From Candidatus Hydrogenedentota bacterium (GTDB lineage Bacteria > Hydrogenedentota > Hydrogenedentia > Hydrogenedentales > JAEUWI01): 64,000 bases of DNA. Made by a program: the position numbers and the translations under genes. The notes beneath the pieces are model-generated. The model was not told where the DNA came from. It was given only the letters and a program-made list of their open reading frames with translations, and did no database searches. Location: positions 32,001 through 96,000 of the forward strand of contig JAXMOL010000002.1 in NCBI GenBank assembly GCA_034669905.1, read 5' to 3'. Positions 60,593 through 64,000 of this stretch are shown here, in pieces (position 1 is the stretch's first letter; the number at the start of each line of letters is the position of its first letter).

Positions 60593-63262
60593 TCAGGCAG
60601 AAGCCGGGTCGGGCTTGTTGGTTGCAATCTTCATATCTTTCATGGCCTTTTTGACCACGTCGATTTTTATCTTGCCTTCGCGGGCCAGGGAATTCAGCGT
60701 CGCCAGCACGATGAAACGGGCATCCACTTCAAAGTGGTCGCGGAGGGCCTCGCGGGTTTCACTCCGGCCAAAGCCATCGGTGCCCAGGCTCTCGATGCCC
60801 TGGGGTATCCACTTGAGCAGGCTGTCGGGCAGGATCTTCATGTAATCCGATGCGGCGACCACCACGCCCTCTTCGTTGGCCAGGCACTTGGTCACATAGG
60901 GCACGCGGGGCTTGGAACCAGGGTGAATGCGGTTCCAACGTTCCACGGCCAGGCCGTCGCGGCGAAGTTCGCCGTAGCTGGTCACACTCCACACATCCGA
61001 GGCGACTTTGTACTTCGTCTCGAGGATATCAGCCGCCTTGAGCACTTCGTTCATGATAGCACCACTGCCGAGCAGTTGGGCCTTGAGCTTGGCGCCCTTC
61101 TCTTGGGACGCGCGGAATTTGTACATCCCCTTGAGGATGCCATCACGGACCGTCTTGCCCTTGGGCATGGCGGGCATGGCGTAGTTTTCGTTTTCGACGG
61201 TGAGGTAGTAGAAGACACTCTCGCCGTTTTCATACATCCGACGGATACCGTCCTGCACGATGACGGCCAGCTCATAGGCGAAGGCCGGGTCGTAGCAGAG
61301 CATGTTGGGTACCGTGCTGCCGAGGACCAGGCTGTGCCCGTCCTGGTGCTGGAGCCCTTCGCCGTTCAGCGTGGTCCGACCGGCCGTGCCGCCGACAAGG
61401 AAGCCCTTGCAGCGGATGTCGCCCGCAAGCCAGACCAAATCGCCAATACGCTGCATGCCAAACATGGAGTAGAAGACATAGAAGGGAATGGTGTTAATGC
61501 CGTGGGTGGCATAGGCCGTACCGGCCGCCAGGAAGGACGCCATGGAACCGGCTTCGTTAATGCCTTCTTCCAGGATTTGGCCGTCTGTCGCTTCACGGTA
61601 ATAGAGCAGGTTGTCCGAGTCCACCGGCTCATAGAGCTGGCCCTTGGAGGAGTAAATACCCACCTGACGGAAGAGGCCATCCATACCGAAAGTACGGGCC
61701 TCGTCGGGCACGATGGGCACAATCAAATCGCCGAGCTTTTTATCGCGGAGCAGCTTGGACATAATCCGCACCAGGACCATGGTGGTCGAAACGGCGCGGT
61801 CGTTGCCCGAGAAGAACTCTTTGATGAGCTCGTCGCTCGGCGCCTTGATGGCAGGTGCTTTCACCTCGCGACGGGGAAGGTACCCCCCCAATTCGGCGCG
61901 ACGGGCCTGCAGATACTGCATTTCTGCCGTTTCCGCATCGGGTTTATAGAACGGCGCATAGGCCACTTCATCGTCGGTAATGGGAATGCCAAAGTTGCCA
62001 CGGAATTCACGCAGCTCGTCTTCGTTCATCTTTTTCTGCTGGTGGGTAATGTTCTTACCTTCACCCGCTTCCCCAAGACCATAACCCTTGACCGTCTTCG
62101 CCAGGATTACCGTGGGCCGCCCTTCGGTTTCTACGGCTTTCTTATAGGCCGCATAGACCTTGATCGGATCGTGGCCACCCCGTTTGATCTTTCGGAGTTG
62201 CTCGTCGCTCAGCGTATCGAGCAGGGGCTTGAGCTCAGGGTCCCGTTCCAGGAACCACTTGCGGATATAGTCGCCCGATTCCACGGTAAATTTCTGATAG
62301 TCCCCGTCTACGGCATTTTCCAACACCTGGATCAGGCGGCCGCCATATTCGGATTCAAAGACGGCATCCCATTCGCTGCCCCAGATCACCTTGATCACGT
62401 TCCAGCCGGCACCGCGGAAGATACGTTCCAGTTCCTGGATGATCTTGCCGTTACCACGCACCGGACCGTCCAAACGCTGGAGGTTACAGTTGATGACGAA
62501 GATCAGGTTGTCGAGGTTTTCCCGCACGGCCAGGCCGATAGCACCCAGCGTTTCGGGCTCGTCGCATTCGCCGTCGCCCAGGAAGGCCCACACGTGACCA
62601 CCGTTGTCGGGTTTAAGGCCCCGGTGCTCCAGGTAGCGGTTAAACCACGCCTGGTAAATGGCCATGATGGGACCGAGCCCCATGGACACAGTGGGAAACT
62701 GCCAGAACTCAGGCATGAGCCAGGGGTGGGGGTAGGAGGAAAGCCCGCCGCCCTTCGCCAGCTCACGGCGGAAATTCTTCAGGTCTTTTTCCGTCAGGCG
62801 CCCTTCCACAAAGGCACGGGCATAGATACCGGGGGAGGCGTGACCCTGGAAATAAATCTGGTCGCCGCCATGGTCCTCGGTACGCCCATGGAAAAAGTGG
62901 TTGAAGCCCACTTCATACAGGTTGGCGGAAGAGGCATAGGTCGAGATGTGACCGCCCACACCATCGCTTTCGCGGTTGGCACGGACCACCATCGCCATGG
63001 CATTCCAGCGGATGGTCGACTTATTCAGTCGCTCCAACTCACGGTCACCCGGGTACTCGGGCTCTTCATCCACCGGGATGGTGTTGATGTAGGGCGTGTT
63101 GGCCGTAAAGGGAAGACGGACACCCCGCTCGTACGCCCGGTCAGAAAGGCGATCCAACAGCTCACGCCCGATGTGTACGCCCCCTTCATCCACCAATGCG
63201 TCGAGGGCCTCCAGCCATTCCTGGACTACTTCTTCATCCAAAGATTCGGGTTCAGTACTCAC
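60593..63262 (-). CDS. aceE: Pyruvate dehydrogenase E1, homodimeric type
   Basis: GGHISTYAS, FPTVSMGLG, GDGECDE, NLQRLDGPV and GEGLQHQDG motifs. Confidence 0.97.
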   Translation of the reverse strand: MSTEPESLDEEVVQEWLEALDALVDEGGVHIGRELLDRLSDRAYERGVRLPFTANTPYINTIPVDEEPEYPGDRELERLNKSTIRWNAMAMVVRANRESDGVGGHISTYASSANLYEVGFNHFFHGRTEDHGGDQIYFQGHASPGIYARAFVEGRLTEKDLKNFRRELAKGGGLSSYPHPWLMPEFWQFPTVSMGLGPIMAIYQAWFNRYLEHRGLKPDNGGHVWAFLGDGECDEPETLGAIGLAVRENLDNLIFVINCNLQRLDGPVRGNGKIIQELERIFRGAGWNVIKVIWGSEWDAVFESEYGGRLIQVLENAVDGDYQKFTVESGDYIRKWFLERDPELKPLLDTLSDEQLRKIKRGGHDPIKVYAAYKKAVETEGRPTVILAKTVKGYGLGEAGEGKNITHQQKKMNEDELREFRGNFGIPITDDEVAYAPFYKPDAETAEMQYLQARRAELGGYLPRREVKAPAIKAPSDELIKEFFSGNDRAVSTTMVLVRIMSKLLRDKKLGDLIVPIVPDEARTFGMDGLFRQVGIYSSKGQLYEPVDSDNLLYYREATDGQILEEGINEAGSMASFLAAGTAYATHGINTIPFYVFYSMFGMQRIGDLVWLAGDIRCKGFLVGGTAGRTTLNGEGLQHQDGHSLVLGSTVPNMLCYDPAFAYELAVIVQDGIRRMYENGESVFYYLTVENENYAMPAMPKGKTVRDGILKGMYKFRASQEKGAKLKAQLLGSGAIMNEVLKAADILETKYKVASDVWSVTSYGELRRDGLAVERWNRIHPGSKPRVPYVTKCLANEEGVVVAASDYMKILPDSLLKWIPQGIESLGTDGFGRSETREALRDHFEVDARFIVLATLNSLAREGKIKIDVVKKAMKDMKIATNKPDPASA

Positions 63263-63670
63263 CAGGGACCTTCATCCTTTCCACTGAATCGGGCACGCAT
63301 GGACGTGCCGCGAAAGATATTGAATTGCAGATTCCGGAAACTCAATCTGTTCCATACCCGGCAGGCACCGAGTGACATGGTATTGTAAGCCACGCACCCC
63401 GCTTACATCAAGGTTAGACCGCCCGCGCTACGCTATCAATAGCGCTTCCAAGCCTTTAGCCCACCTTCGGGACCACGCCTCCCGCCCCGATTTCTCCCCC
63501 AACGGGCCCCGAAAATGGCCCGAGGATTAATGGAATTGCGCCCAAAACGCAGCGATTGTACGGAATAACGCACGCCCCCATGGCATGATTCCTGCACCAC
63601 AACAGCCAGCACAACGACTCCCCTTGAAACGCGGTCTGAGTCCCCGCACAACCACAGAGGAGTGCCTGTC

Positions 63671-64000
63671 ATGTTACGCAGTATGAATGAACAACTGAAC
63701 TACACCGTGAAAGCCCGCGACGGCGAAGCCGGTCATCTCCACGACTTTCTCATCGACGAGCGCACCTGGGTCGTCCGCTATGCCGTCGTCGACCTGGGCC
63801 ACTGGCTGCCCGGTCGCAAGGTCCTCCTGGCACGCCCGGCCATCGACGCGGCCGACTATGCCACCAGGACCCTCACCCTCCAGACCACGAAGGCCCAGAT
63901 CGAAGCCTCGCCGGACCTGACGGACGATGCGCCGGTCTCGCGCCAGTATGAGCAGTATCTCTATGAGCACTATCAGTGGGCCCCCTATTGGGCACCGGGC
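63671..64000 (+). CDS. PRC-barrel domain protein (runs off the window end)
   Basis: MLRSMNEQLNYTVKARDGEAGHLHDFLIDERTWVVRYAVVDLGHWLPGRKVLL; SD AGGAG; no stop before 64000, so it is absent from the ORF track. Confidence 0.8.
   Translation, partial: MLRSMNEQLNYTVKARDGEAGHLHDFLIDERTWVVRYAVVDLGHWLPGRKVLLARPAIDAADYATRTLTLQTTKAQIEASPDLTDDAPVSRQYEQYLYEHYQWAPYWAPG

Noticed and set aside
60734..63388. 884-aa plus-strand ORF (likewise 57320-59095, 34318-35883, 32483-33865, 7612-9141)
   Set aside because: Antisense shadows of well-supported genes, expected in GC-rich DNA.

Overview
GC-rich bacterial chromosomal window. The sigma54/PspF system, outer-membrane porin, WD40 Ser/Thr kinase and Big_2 lipoprotein point to a diderm, possibly Hydrogenedentes/PVC-like organism (inference only). 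In order it holds: BON-MscS, GNAT, murB, pilT; a 2.7k-aa lipoprotein with 18 Big_2 repeats and a C-terminal GH9-like domain; a ~16-kb minus-strand surface-polysaccharide cluster; an rlmD-like methyltransferase, an alginate-export-type porin and an orphan membrane-anchored TAXI protein; an expanded phage-shock locus; tRNA-Gln and tRNA-Glu; a cold-shock gene; a GT2/methyltransferase/multi-TM trio; a 3-copy structured repeat; pyrR-pyrB-pyrC with a structured leader; a kinase-WD40 gene; aceE-aceF-lpdA; and a partial PRC-barrel gene. The best candidate for a new system is the psp locus. pspF is divergent from a consensus sigma54 promoter whose first gene is a PilZ protein with intact c-di-GMP motifs, followed by pspA, three pspB-like genes, two pspC genes and two small membrane ORFs. 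No CRISPR array, rRNA, integrase or transposase was seen. All calls come from reading motifs by eye, with no database search.
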